Of a stretch of DNA of 64,000 bases, positions 15,960 through 31,983 are shown piece by piece (position 1 is the stretch's first letter; every line of letters begins with the position of its first letter). The position numbers and the translations under genes are program-made. Origin of the DNA: the human T2T-CHM13v2.0 reference genome, Homo sapiens; assembly GCF_009914755.1 (NCBI RefSeq), contig NC_060931.1. One strand, given 5' to 3'. Under the pieces are notes generated by a model that made no database searches, had not been told where the DNA came from, and saw nothing but the letters and a program-made list of their open reading frames with translations.

Positions 15960-17030
15960 TTTTAACTCCTTTGGAGGTTCATCATCTTCCAAGCAATTAA
16001 ACATTCCTGTTCCCACATCTTCTCTTCTCATTCTGTTCTCTTCCTGGGAAATGTTACCTTCTCCCAAGACTTTTGGAAATAATACATTTCTCCCCCCTGG
16101 ACTAGACCTCTCTTCTGAGCTCCATATTTCATACTGTATGTAATTGCCTATGTGAAAATCCTTCCAGTCTATCTCAAAGCTACCTTAAACTCATCGTGTT
16201 TAAAACTAAGATCATGTTCTTGGAACTGAACCTGGTTCTCTGGTGTTCCCTAACTCCATAGATGGCAGCACCAGCCAACCAACTGGGTATTCGAGGCAGA
16301 AACCTGGAACACCAACTTCGACATTTCCTCTCCCATCCTGTCATCACTTAATTGTCAGTTTCACCTCCCCAATCTTAAACTTCTCCCTTTTTCTTCATTT
16401 CCACTAGCTGCTATCACCTCTCAACTACACTACAGAAGAAAGTCAGAATAATCTTATCAAATCTAATCATGACAACCTATTCTTCCTATCTCTAGTCCCG
16501 ATTTTTCATTGACTGCCTATCACTCCTAAACTGAAAATGGAAGTGTTTATTTTTTTAAAATCCTGCATGACTGAGCCCCTGCCTGTTTCTCTAGCCTTAT
16601 CTCATACAGTGCTTCCCCTCTAGTCCCATGCTATAGCTACACTGACCTTTTTAATTTCACAAGGGTGTTACCCTCCCTCCTGCCACAGGCCTTTGAACAT
16701 GCTGTATTCTATCTTTCTAGAATGTCTTTCCCTTCCCCTTTTATCTGGTTAACTCCCACTCATCTTTAGATGTCCACTCCATGCCATTTCCCTAGGGATG
16801 CCCTCTCTGACCTCCCTGACTCCGGTTTTCTACCTCTCTTTATGGTGTTTCTGACAGTGGTGATTTTTTGGTGGTGTTTACGTGTTTATTTTACTCATGT
16901 CTTTCTCCTTACTAGACTGTAAGTTCCATGGAGACAGGAAAGGAATTATGTCTGGTTTTTCCTATCATTGTATGCCCGCTACCTGACATAGTGGATGGGA
17001 CATAAAAGGTATTCAATAAATATTTGCTAA
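15960..17030 (+). mobile_element. L2
   Basis: actagactgtaagttccatggagacagg...tattcaataaatatttgc L2 3' end. Confidence 0.8.
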
Positions 17031-18379
17031 GGAGTCAGATGTGATAGAATCAAACAAATTTTGCTGAAAAATATGGTAGAAAAGACTAAAATGTAGCATA
17101 TTTAATGTCTATCTGTCTTAGTTATATTAGTTGTTTTTACTTTTATTAAAAAGTAGCATAATGGAAATTTTTGAAAAATAATACTATCCTAAGAAAGTTG
17201 TTTTTACTTTATATGCCTCACATTTTTTATATGTGACACATTTTAACACAGTAACCAATTTATTCTTATTAAAGGTCTTCACATAACATGCTAAACATTT
17301 TTCAACAGTTATTATAATGACCACTTTTAATGACTATATGTAAGAAAATTGTTTGGATGTGCTAAGCTAAAGCAAATCTGGGAGATGGCACTCATTCTTG
17401 CATTCATTTGTGATTACTTTATTCCAAGGATAAATTTTTAAGAGGTAATAGTACTTAATGCTGTTATTATTGAATTCCTTATGTGTTGTAATGCATTACA
17501 GAGACTTAAAACAGTTAGAATCAAAATGGGTATAATTATCCTGTATTTTGCTCAGTTAAATAAGTAACATATAATTATCCTGTACTTTGCTCAGTTAAGT
17601 AACATCTGGAATTTGAATTCAAGAATTCCTGATTCCAAGGGATAATCTTTGTACTATGTCCCATTGCTAACATTTTGAATGGCAGCAATGAGAAAATTTG
17701 AGGAACCATATGGGACATGCATTCCAGATGTAGTATACTATCAGACAGATTCTAGAAAATTATCTTACAAAGAATTGTTTCCTGATTTAGGTATGAAGAA
17801 ATATTTTTGAAAATAATTTTCAAATAGTAAAATAAATTAAGAGAAGAACAAAGTAAAATAAATAAAAATGAACTTTTCTGTAGTTGTCATTTTCAAACTA
17901 AAAATGGCTCTCATGATTTTTATATGACTCTAAAAGTAATAAATATCTATGTGAATGAAAATCCAATAGGGCACAGAGAAAACGTTTATAACAATAGTAT
18001 GCTTAATCTACATATGATATTTTATAATATACTTTTAAAAATTAATGCATGATATAAAGCTTTTCATATCAATAGCTATATGACTACATAATCTCATTAT
18101 ATAAACATACCATACTCTGTTGCTGTTTGCACCATTTTTTTCTTTTTGCTGTTGTAAACAGTGCTGTGATTAGCATCCTTCAAATATGCCCTTGTGTGCC
18201 TATCCATTAATTTACTTAGGGTGAATTTTTAGCAGTAAAATTACAAGTTCAAACAATATGCTCTTAATTAAAACTGTACATTTCTTATTTAAAGTAAAGT
18301 CCAATGTATTTTCATGTTTCCTGGACATTTGTATTTCTTTTTGTGATTTGTCATTCATATCTTTTTTACTTTTTTTTCT

Positions 18380-20245
18380 ATTGAGGCCAAAAGTTTGTAT
18401 GTTGTATTTTCTTTATCATTCATTTTAAAATATTTTAAAATTTCTCTTTCTCCATTGCCTCATCTGTTATTTAGAATAATATAGTCTAATTTTCAAATAT
18501 TTGAGATTTTTCTGGATGTTTTATTGTTTTCACTTCAGTTTTACTGGTTAAGATTTCAGTCTTTTGAAATTTGTTGAGGCTTGTTTAAGCATGTAGTCTG
18601 TCTTGATGACTATATCATGTGCATTTGACAAGGATGTAATTGTGAAGTTGTTCATCATAGTGTTCTATAAATGTTAATTAAGGTCAGTAGTGTTCTTTAA
18701 ATTGTACTTGTTTTTACTAATAAAAATTAAAGACTAGTTCCATCAGTTGATGAGAGAGGGATGTTAAAATTTCTATTTATGAATGTGGATTTGTATATAG
18801 CTCCTCCTTAATGGTGTCAATTTGCTTAATCTATTTTGAAACTCTCATATTAGGCTCATATACATTTATAATTATGTCTTTCTGACTCTTTTCTCACCAT
18901 GAAATGTCCCTTATCTTTTTTTACTATTTTTTCTTTATCTGATACTAATATAGCACTTTGGCTTTTTTATGCTATTTGAATATCTTGTAAATAGCATTTG
19001 GTTCAGTTCTTTATCCATTCTGATGGACTGTTTAGTCCATTTACATTTAATGTAATATTGTTGTGGTTGGATTTAGGTCTTCCATTTCACTGTTTGTTTG
19101 TTTTCTGTTTGTCTCTTTATTTTTTGTTCTCTGTTCCTCCTTCTCTGCTGTATTTTGAATTAGTTGAATAATCTTGGCATTTGGTTTTAATTATCTGTTG
19201 GGTTTTTAGCTAATTCTTCTTTGCATTTTATTCTTTAACATGCTGCTTTCTGGGCTGTTGTATATATTCTTATCATTTTATAGTCTATTTAGCATTAGTG
19301 TAGTACCACTTCCCATAAAATGTAAGAATCTTGCAACTATGTATGTACATTGCCCCATCCCTTATGCTATCATTATTATAGTACATAATCATAAATATCA
19401 CAATGCAGTGTCATAATTTTTGCTTTAATCAGCCATATGTATTTTAAATAAACTATCTTTTTTCTCTGTTCTTCAGATTGGATCATTTCTGTCTCCAAGT
19501 TCACCAAATTTTCCCTCTGATCTCTTTTTTATCTCCTCTAAACTGCTGTTAAGCCAACACAGTAAAAATTTTTTTTTTTAGAATTGTTTTTCAGTTCTAG
19601 AATTTACACTCGGTTCTTTTTTATGGCTTTCATTTATTTACTTAGTTTTCCTGGCCTTTTGTACTTTACAAACTATTTTTCTTTATGTTCTTGATCATAA
19701 AGTTATTTAAATCCATGGTGATTACTAATTCCAATATATGGATTACCTCAAGGTTGGTGTCCACTGTTGCATTTTCTGACATTTTCCAGTTTTTCCACAT
19801 GTCTAGTAATTTGGAATTGGATCTTAGACAATTAGAGTATATTGCTGTAGGCATTATATGTAGGCTTCAGTTTGAGATTTGGAGAGTCTATATCCAGAAT
19901 CTGTGCTTCCTGTGGCTCTCTCCTTTCTAGGATATCCTCCCTCATGTCCAAAGTGCTCTGGTCACCCTGAATCTAATCTCAGGTTCTTAAGCTAGTAAAA
20001 TTTCAAGTTTCTGTCGTTGTGCCAAATGTTGTCTGCCCACAGAGAAAAACTTGTACAAATAGAAACTCAAACAGTGCTTTTTCATTTTGTCAGACATTAA
20101 CTCCCCTCCAATTTCTGCCTGCTTTTGGTTGCTCTCTAGTGTCCTCAGATAGTTGTGGTTTATATTTTGTCCAATATTTGTAGCTGTTATCTGTAGGAGA
20201 GTTGGTCTGATAGTAGCTACTTTACCTTTATCAGAAGTAGAACTC
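18380..20245 (-). mobile_element. old L1M fragments
   Basis: T-rich antisense ORF2/ORF1-like sequence (gagagagggatgttaaaat, ttagtccatttacatttaatg). Confidence 0.65.
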
Positions 20246-20904
20246 TGTTATATTCAGTTTCCCTTATGGTTTTCTTAAGATTACCAGGAGGGCTATCCTA
20301 TCATTTGTAAATAATGATAATTGTTCCTGCAGCTTTCCCATATCTTTTATCTGGTTTAATTACATTGGCTAGCACTCCTATGTAACATTATAAGTGATGC
20401 TTATTATTTTCTTGGCTTAAGTGGAAATTCATTCAGTCACCAATTCGTCCTTTACTGTGTACTAAGCAGTAAACTTTGAGAATTCCAAATGGAGAAGTTG
20501 TCTAGAGCTCAGAATCATTTAAGCAGGAAATAGATTGTTGCAATGCATCAGTGAATAGATAATTGAAATTCTGAGAATGGCTTTTGTGTTTTAAATTAAG
20601 AATTAGGCTATTGGTTTGAAAGAGATTCTGTTTATCGTGTTAAAACAGTATCTTTTTCTTACTATTTAAGAGCTCTCTTTTTAAAAATTCAGGAGTAATT
20701 TTTTAGATTGTCTTACTTTTTCCAGATCTTTTTTAAAAATGATAATACTGATTTTCTTCTTTGATACATTGGTATTATAAATTTCTTTCCTAATGTTCAG
20801 CTGTTCTTATATTCCAGGAATAAGGCATACTTGGGCTTGGGGTATATGTTATGCATATTTCATTTCCTATTAATGACATTTTATGTATATTTTGACATTA
20901 TAAT

Positions 20905-21410
20905 ACAGTAAATGCTGTCTTAACCCACATCAACTTAACTTTCAGGATTCTCTTTGTCAAACAGACTGAATGCTTCTGTCTAGGGGGCTCCTTTTCAGAA
21001 TTGCCATGCACCTGGCTTGAATTACATGCCAATTAACAAACCTGATTATCTCAGTTGTACACCTTGTTGTAATTACATAATATAATGGAATGGTACTGAT
21101 AAAATATGAGTAAATAGTTATTTATTGAAATCTAAGTTGGAGGCTTTGGAAAGCCTTGATAAAGGCAAGTTCATTTTAAAATTTTTCTGACTAAATTATG
21201 CGTGAGTGAAATAACTGAAAAAAAGGGAGGAGATCATAAAAATCTAGGCCTTTACATTCATATTGCTATCTGAATGTGTTTTAAATCTTAATCTAAGAAA
21301 ATAACAATGAGAAATGGATAATGTTTTGTGGGTGTAGTTTAGGCAAGAAATAGGAAATAGAAGGAGAACGATAAGTCAAAGAAAAGGGCTTGGCCCTACA
21401 TAAAAAAGAT
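20905..21410 (+). mobile_element. ancient Tigger-family remnant (Tigger15-like)
   Basis: ta-cagtaaatgctgtcttaacc terminus; about 21122-21170 translates LLKSKLEALESLDKGK, resembling the Tigger/Jerky N-terminal HTH. Confidence 0.5.
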
Positions 21411-21416
21411 TATTAA

Positions 21417-21730
21417 GGCTAGGTGTAGTGGCTCAGGTCTGTAATTTTAGCACTTGGGGAGCCAAGGCGAGAAGATCACCTGAGCTCAGGAGTTCCAGAC
21501 ATACTTGGGCAACATAGTGAGACCTTGTCTCTACAAAAAAATTAAAAAAAAAAAAAAATCTGGGCATGGTGGCATATGCCTGTAAGTCCCAGCTACTCAG
21601 GAGGCTGAGGTAGGAGGATCACTTGAACCCAGGAAGCCAAGGCTGCAGTGAGCCATTGATCGCCCCACTGCACTCTAGGCTGGGTGACAGAGCTAGACTT
21701 TGCCTCAAAAAAAAATAAAAATTAAAAAAA
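21417..21730 (+). mobile_element. Alu (J-like)
   Basis: diverged Alu dimer. Confidence 0.92.
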
Positions 21731-21886
21731 GATTAGGAAATTAATATATATGTTTTATTAAATGTTTGAGTTATGTGTATATAATTGTTTTTAATAATTC
21801 TGCATTTTACATGTCCAGTTATTTGTGCTGATAATGTCAAGATTTGCTTTATAAATAAGGTTAGGTTTTGGCATTTCAGGTTTTTA

Positions 21887-22642
<756 letters not shown>

Positions 22643-23639
22643 AAAAATTTTTTAAAGTTTGCTTATGAAACCATGTGAACCCTATACTTTTTAAATAAAT
22701 AATTACTGTATTCTTCAGTTTCTCCCAATGTTATTAGTCTGCTTAGAATTACTACCTTTTCATGAGTTCTTCAGCTGTAATCATTTACAATTTCCTGGAA
22801 TATTATCTACTTCAGTTAGATTTAAATAATAGGAGCATGTGGTTTTATATTCATTTGTTCGTTCAACAGATTTCTATTGAATATACACTTTGAACTAGGC
22901 ACTAGGCTGAGTAATGGAGATAAAATCGATTGCAATATAGGTACAAGCTCTGCCCTTAAATAAGTTTACAGTTTGAAAGACATTGCATTTTGTCACAGTT
23001 CTTTTAATTTTCTCTCTACATATAGCTGTATCTTATTTTCAATTTCAATGTGTATACGCTGAGTTTTCCCGATTGCCTTGGTTTTTATTTTTAGTTCTTA
23101 GATTTTTGTCTTTTTTTCTTGCAGTTTATAGGTTGTCTATCATTTTTTCTATCAATAGTTTCTAACATTTAATTTCTACTTTGCCTTTATCACCTTCTTC
23201 CTTTTCTTGAGTTTGGTTGGTTGTAGGGTTTTTTTTTTTAATGATGGCTCAATTACATGTATTATCTTAATCAGAAAATTCTAGTTTTTTTGGTAAGTGT
23301 TTTCTTTACTTTTCCTTTGAAGTGTTTTTTCTCCCTTGGCCTTAAAGAACATTAATTTGTGTCTCAAATGGGACCATTCTCTTTATTTGGCCACTGAATT
23401 TTTTTTTAAATGATGGCTTTGTTTGTCCCAAGAAATCTTTTGTGCTAATCCTGATTCTCTGTAATCCAGCTGTCTTTCTGCAGCTGTTTCTCTGAACTCT
23501 GAGCCCAACCTTGGGTCTAAGTAAGACTACCTGTTCAGCTCTTCCTCAGTTTCCTGAGGGTCACAGAGATCAGGTGTGCTCATTCAGTTCCAGTGAAAGG
23601 AATTAGCCTTACCAGAAAAGAGAACACGCTGTAAGCCAC

Positions 23640-24990
<1,351 letters not shown>

Positions 24991-25017
24991 AATCACCAGA
25001 AAAACTCTGTATATACA

Positions 25018-25235
25018 CAGATAGTCCCTGACTTAGGATGGTTTGACTTACAATTTTTTGACTTATAATGGTGCTAACTCAATATGCATTCAGTAGAAAC
25101 CATACTACTCTTGAGATGCTGGGCGACAGTAGTGAGCCATAGCTCCTAGTTAACCACACATTTTCAACTTATCATATTTTCAGTTTACAGTGGATTTATC
25201 AGGACTTAACCCCATCGTAAGTCAAGGAGCATCTA
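25018..25235. mobile_element. MER47/Tigger5-like MITE
   Basis: cagatagtccctgacttaggatgg ... ccatcgtaagtcaaggagcatct imperfect TIRs. Confidence 0.7.
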
Positions 25236-26324
25236 TATTTATATACGTACTTGTTTATTTTCCCTACCTGGAAATATACTCCTTCTATTTTCATTGCATG
25301 TCAAAGTCATATTTATCCTGTTAAACTGCCAAATACATCGGCTTAATATAGTTGAAAAAAAAAAACCTCGTGTAGAAAATTTCCAGTTATTTGTATTTAA
25401 GCTATAAAATTTTATAGAATGTGCCTACAGTGAATAATTTACCCTTTAGTCTTCTCAGAAATAGTGTGTGATCATGGGACGAACACAGCCTTTGGAATCA
25501 CAGAAATTGGTTTCAAATCTCTGTGTGAGCTTGGACAAGTTATATAACTTCCTTCAGTCTTGATTTCTTCGCCTAAATAATAATTGAAAAGTTTGCTGGG
25601 AGGAATAAATGAAATTATGTAAAACACCTAGCAAAGTAATTGAATGTATTAGTTTGTTGTTTTTAAAGGGTTAGGTTTTTATGGCTCTAGACATTATAGT
25701 ATGTTTTACTTGGCAATTTTTAAAATGTTCACAGTAGGAAGATAATTTTTTTTAGTTAAGCCAGGTTCAAGATCACTTAATATAGAATTTATACCTAATT
25801 CACTAAAACTTTATTTATAACTCTAATTTCTTCGGAAGTTTCTTCTGCTTTCAAGCTGTTTATTAAATGATTTTTAGGACCTGTAATTGGCATTTTGACA
25901 TATCTATAGTGAACTATGTAATCATTTTACAACTTGATGCCAGTGAGGACAGTTAAAAAATTATATATACTTTTGGAAAGAGTAAAGAAGCTAAATTAAA
26001 CCTATGCCAGCGAAAATGTAGTGAATTCCAAGAGTGATTTGTGAGTGACCTGTTTTGATTGTTAGTAGAAAGTACTGGAAATTTTGACCATACTGCTAGA
26101 TCTTGACATGGTTGTAAGCCATGATCAATTATGAAAGCTTAAATTTTGTGTAAAAACGCTAATAACAAGAACATACCTAGACATTCATTTGCAGTTACTA
26201 CTTTTATATACTTTTTTCTTTAGATGACCAAAATTTGTAATTCTCATATTTTTGTTATTATATAGCTTTTATAACATTACCATATTTTCTTTTTTGAGAG
26301 CTATCCATTCCATTTTTCTTTAAG

Positions 26325-26533
26325 ACTGGGACAGGGAGAAATTACTTGAAGCTTGGATGTCCAACCCGGAGAACTGCTGCCAACGATCAGGTGTTCAAAT
26401 GCCAACTCCACCACCAAGTGGGTATAATGCCTGGGACACGCTCCCATCTCCAAGAACTCCAAGGACTACACGCTCTTCTGTCACCTCCCCAGATGAAATC
26501 AGCTTATCTCCTGGGGATTTAGACACCAGTTTG
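26325..26533 (+). CDS. ANKIB1: ANKIB1 coding exon (209 nt, phase 1-0); end of UBA-like segment plus Ser/Thr/Pro-rich linker
   Basis: tttctttaag|AC TGG GAC AGG ... AGT TTG|gtatgg; (D)[69 protein letters not shown]. Confidence 0.96.
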
Positions 26534-26846
26534 GTATGGTTTGGTATTCACTGTACTTCTCATAGCTTTGTTTATAGTCTTTTAACATTCAAATGATTTA
26601 ATATTGTTCCATGGAGTGTCTGGTTGTGTTCTTGTAATTGAATCCTATCCCTTTCTTGAAAGGTTCGGTTATTTCCATGCTTCAGTAAATATTTATTATT
26701 ACAGAATGTTTTTGTGATCTCTGAATTATAGATTGAAAAAAAAAGGTTTTCTTTCCTCATTTCCAAACAGAGAACTTAAAACAGTTTAGGGAAACCATCT
26801 ATTTTATTTTCCCTTAAAACTTCAGTTGCTTAATGATTTAAATACA

Positions 26847-26970
26847 GGCCAGGCACAGTAAGTAGCTCATGCCTATAATCCTAGCACTTTGGGAGGCCAA
26901 GGTGGGTGGATTGCCTGAGCTCAGGAGTTCAAGACTAGCCTGGGCAACATAGCCAGACCCCATCTCAAAA
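26847..26970 (+). mobile_element. FLAM/Alu left monomer
   Basis: single left arm. Confidence 0.85.
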
Positions 26971-27400
26971 TACATACACACATATATACATCATATTGAA
27001 ATATAAAAAGATAAGTTTGTGATGGGCACTGTAAACCGAAAATACAAAAACATTTTTTATAATTTCTTGAAAGGTAATTTTTAAGCATTTACAATATATT
27101 GATAGTTATGTATTTGTTTCAGTAAAGCTTCTGGAGTTTGTTATCTAGATGCATTTCCAAAATAAGTGTTTTATTATTTTATGAAACAGTACTGCCATTG
27201 TCAGCATTTTTAACTGGCATATCATTGGTGTGCTACTATAGGAGATTTTAATATTTCTTGAATGACTCAGCCACTCAAAATATGTGATAAATATGAAAGT
27301 GCTTCTCATTTTATCTGTGCCTTTTTGGAAAACAGAATCCTGTAATTTGCATATGTAACGTGATAAATTTTGCTTCTAGAGAGCTATTGTTTAGAAGATA

Positions 27401-27446
27401 CTAGGTAGGCGCAAAAGTGATTGCAGCTTTTGCTATTAAAATGGCA
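27401..27446. mobile_element. MADE1-like (mariner MITE) half
   Basis: taggtaggcgcaaaagtgattgcagcttttgctatta resembles MADE1 TIR. Confidence 0.6.
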
Positions 27447-27467
27447 TAGTTTTAATACATAGGTGGG

Positions 27468-27811
<344 letters not shown>

Positions 27812-28277
27812 TAGTTTTATAGCAGGGTTCTCTCCCTGGAAAGTGTGGATATCTTGAGTTGCTGCATTAAAAATACAAAGTTACTCTGTTTTCATAGATT
27901 TTGAAGGGTAGGTGTAATGTGAAGGGCATGATACTGAAGTGGTTTTTTGCAACATGTAATTTGATGTTGGCCCAAATGATTTGTTTCTTGTACTTCGTTT
28001 TCCAAACGCACAGTTGCTGATTAATACATAAATTTGGAATTTAAGGGTTTGATTTTTGCATTAAAACATTTAAATCCCACTTTTATTTATAGTGAGGTAG
28101 TCATGGTATTTGTTACTGAAAGGCACACTAACTGTCCTTAAAACTTTGAAAGAGGTAACTTTCAAAAACTTTTAATTACTGTACTAGTATTTTTGCCTTT
28201 TAAAAAAGTAAACAAAATGTATTGTTCTCTTTCAGAAGTACATTTCTGTTTAAATCATTGTTCTTCTTCATCTCCAG

Positions 28278-28366
28278 TGTGACATTTGTATGTGCAGTAT
28301 CTCTGTATTTGAAGACCCTGTGGATATGCCCTGTGGACATGACTTTTGTAGAGGATGTTGGGAGTC
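28278..28366 (+). CDS. ANKIB1: ANKIB1 coding exon (89 nt, phase 0-2); RING1 N-terminal half
   Basis: catctccag|TGT GAC ATT TGT ... TGG GAG TC|gtgagt; [29 protein letters not shown] (C-x2-C...C-x-H-x2-C-x2-C); this frame is absent from the ORF track. Confidence 0.96.
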
Positions 28367-29427
28367 GTGAGTATATGAGCACCTTAGCATCTCTTACTGC
28401 ATGATAGCACTCTGATTTGTTAATAAAATTGTTTGCTTTCAGTATTTAATGATGCAAATTGTTTATATTGACTTCTGAGTTACACAGAAATGAATTTAGA
28501 CTTTACTAGTAAGGAAAAATATTTTTGTTTTTATTTTTACGTCTTCCCCAGCTATTTTAATTAATGCTATTTAGCTTAATGTAAGGTACCTTTAGAAACA
28601 AAGCAGGTATACAAATAATTTTTCTTAGTATTTTAGTTTATATTACATCTAATGTAAATTTCAGGCAAGAATCAGTTTGTCTTATATCCCAGGAATCTTA
28701 AGCATTTGGTTTTGTGCTGTCTCAATTTTTTGTGACAACCAAGTTGCCTTGAAAATCTTTAAGAATATAGATGTTTAAAATTTCTTTTTAGTGAATGCAG
28801 AGTTAAATGTTTCAGCGAGACATAGTTGGGTATATTTTACCAATGGAAAATTTGTTTTGCTTCTTGTGTTTATCTCTATTTACCCTTCCCGTTACCTTTC
28901 AAGATTTATACTTTTTCACCATCCATTAACTTTGCTCTCATGTTGCACTTTTCGAGAGAAGTTTCTAAACAAAGATTGCTATAATGAGCACTGTAATGTC
29001 ATGTTATCTCTGGAGACACACAAAGCTATTGTTTGATGACCTAAGTGAGATATGTCATTGGTATTTAAGAAAATCTTAGAAATCAGAAGTTTTTAACCTT
29101 TTTTTTTTTTAAATAGAGTATCAGTTAGCAAGTGTAGGGAGCTAGAGAATACTATGTGGGTAAGAGCGAGAACCTGAGCAGATTTTCTGAGTTTTTCTTT
29201 TTAAACAGCTTTGTTGAGGTACAGTTGACATACATAAAGCCACACATTTAAAATAAATAATTTGATAAGCTTTGATATCTATATACAAGCTTGAAACCAT
29301 CACCACAACCCTTAGAATCTGTCATTCCCAGGTTTCCTCATTTCCCATTGAATCCCTGCTACTCTTCTCTTTCTGCCTTCCTTTTATCACCCCCAATTTG
29401 TAGGCAACTGCTGAGCTGTCGTTCTGA

Positions 29428-29690
29428 TTTTTTTTTTTCTTTTTTGAGACAGGGTCTCACTCTGTCACCCAGGCTGAAGTGCAGTGGTGTGATCTCGGCT
29501 CACTGCAACGTCTTCCTTCCCGGGTTCAAGCGATTCTCATTGCCTCTGCCTTCCCAGTAAGCTGGGACTATAGGCACACACCACCACGCTCTGCTAATTT
29601 TTGTGTTTTTAGTAGAGATGGGGTTTTGCCATGTTGGTCAATCTGGTCTCGAACTCCTGACCTCAAGTGATCCACCCACCTCAGTCCCCC
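29428..29690 (-). mobile_element. Alu, 5'-truncated
   Basis: reverse Alu sequence. Confidence 0.92.
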
Positions 29691-30477
29691 AACGTGTCTG
29701 GTTTGATTTTGAGTACATTTCTTTATCTGTTTTCCAAATTGGAGTAAGAGGCAAGATTTCATTTGGAGGGGGAAAAAAATACTGCTTTTTAAGTCAGAAT
29801 ATCTGGTTGTTCCTTTTAAGACATAGACTAGATTCTACTCAGAGTCTACTTAGATAGGATCAGATCAGTATAGCTGTTACAGGTATACTAATTGACAAAG
29901 GTCAGAGCTCACAATCCAAAGCTATCCTTAACGCAGTTGTGGAGGCAGAAAATACTTCCCAGGTACAACTTTATCTTAGTTGTTAACTGTACTTAATTAG
30001 GAAGTACTACCTGAGCTCTACCAAGTTAGCTGTTGGTCTTGGTGTGTATATGAAAATTGAGTCCCCCAGGGGATTTTCTTGAATTTTTTTGAGCTTCATT
30101 GACCTTCCTCACCTGACTTGTATCACAGGAACTATCTCCCAAACTCATCACAAACTAGCCATAAGAAATGTATGGTAAGATTTAAATTTGAAAGATCTAA
30201 TTATTGGTTTCCTTAGTACCTTCTAGCCTACCTAGGATTCTCCTTTCCACCCCTTCCAATTTTGTCAAATCAAGCACCAATAAAAGAAGTTCCATGTTGG
30301 GTGATTCATGTGTTGATGAAATCATTTTTTAATTATCACAGTGTTTTTATAGGCACATAGAAAAAGAAACTCCTAAAACCAAGGAAGCATTTTTAAAGGT
30401 CCTCAGATAGTTTGAAAGCCCCTCAATCTATCTTATTCTTCCCAAACTTTTTATTAGTACAGCTAGATGCTTTAGTG

Positions 30478-30717
30478 CAAGCTTATCCAACAGTGGCCCA
30501 CAGGCTGCATGTGGCCCAGGACAGCTTTGAATGTGGCCCAACACAAATTCATAAACTTTCTTAGAACATTATGAGTTTTTTTTTGTTTTGTTTTTTGTTT
30601 TGCTATTTTTGTTTTAAGCTCATCAGCTGTCATTATTGTTAGTGTATTTTTTGTGTAGCCCAAGACAGTTCTTCTTCCAGTGTGGCCCAGAAAAGCCAAA
30701 ACATTGGACACCCCCTG
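30478..30717. mobile_element. MER30 (hAT-Charlie)
   Basis: ggcccaggacagctttgaatgtggcccaacacaaattc...ttggacacccc. Confidence 0.85.
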
Positions 30718-30756
30718 CTTTAAAGTATTGATGCCAAGGGCTGAAATAAAAGGGAA

Positions 30757-30910
30757 TAGCCAGGCATAGTGGCACATGTCTGTAGTCCTAGCTACTTGGG
30801 CAGCTGAGGCAGAAGGATCACTTGAGCCCAGGGGTTCAGGAGTTCAAGACTACAGTGAGCTATGATCACACCACTGCACTCCAGCCTGGGCAACAGAAGA
30901 AGACCCTGTC
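30757..30910 (+). mobile_element. FRAM/Alu right monomer
   Basis: right-arm sequence only. Confidence 0.85.
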
Positions 30911-31638
30911 GATTGATTGATCGATCAATCGACAGATTAGATAGAAATTATTATTTTCTAGCCAGACTAGAATTTCTTTGCTAATATTGAGGATAAGAGC
31001 TCAAGTTCTGGATACAATAGGTCACTGGGCTGTGAATTCCAACTCTGCTATTTATTAGTTGTTGATTTAGGTAATTGGTAGCCTGCCTGTTCCTCAGTTT
31101 CCTAATCTATAAAGTGGTGATAATAGTATGTGCTTCCTAGGATTATCATCAGTTTTTTAAATTTCTTAACGTATGTAAAGTGCTTAAAACAGGATCTTGC
31201 ATATAGTAATCGTTCAATAAATATTACTTATTATCATATTCCTAAGCATTGTAATAAGCAGAGAGAGCCTACCTATGATATCATCTGTGAATTTTACCTG
31301 CAAGATAAAAATATAGGTAAGGTTTGCCCCAGATTTCTCTCTTTTAGTGACACTTATCAACTCCATGTTCTGCTCATAAATTTTTATTAAATTGTGTCTT
31401 GATGAGAAATAATAATATGGCCAACAGAACTGATCCTGTCTTCAATGAGGTCTTCTCAGTTCTGTAATTTAATTCCCCAGAGATGATTAAATCTTCTCTG
31501 ATATATTTAAAATATGTAAAATTCAAAACATCATCATGTAGTAACTATGTCTAAGCAAACTGTGAACTTTGACAAGGGACTATACAACTTCCCAGGGAAT
31601 CTCTTCATAGCTAAAAAGAGGAGAATCTTGTTATGTGA

Positions 31639-31983
<345 letters not shown>

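Noticed and set aside
28222-28404. ORF-track frame across the RING1 exon
   Set aside because: Wrong frame; splice phases and the Cys/His pattern support CDICMCS... starting at 28278.
29953-30006. Imperfect hairpin (tacttcc...acaact/agttgt...ggaagta) as a possible pre-miRNA
   Set aside because: Stem is short and heavily interrupted; not distinguishable from chance without folding statistics.
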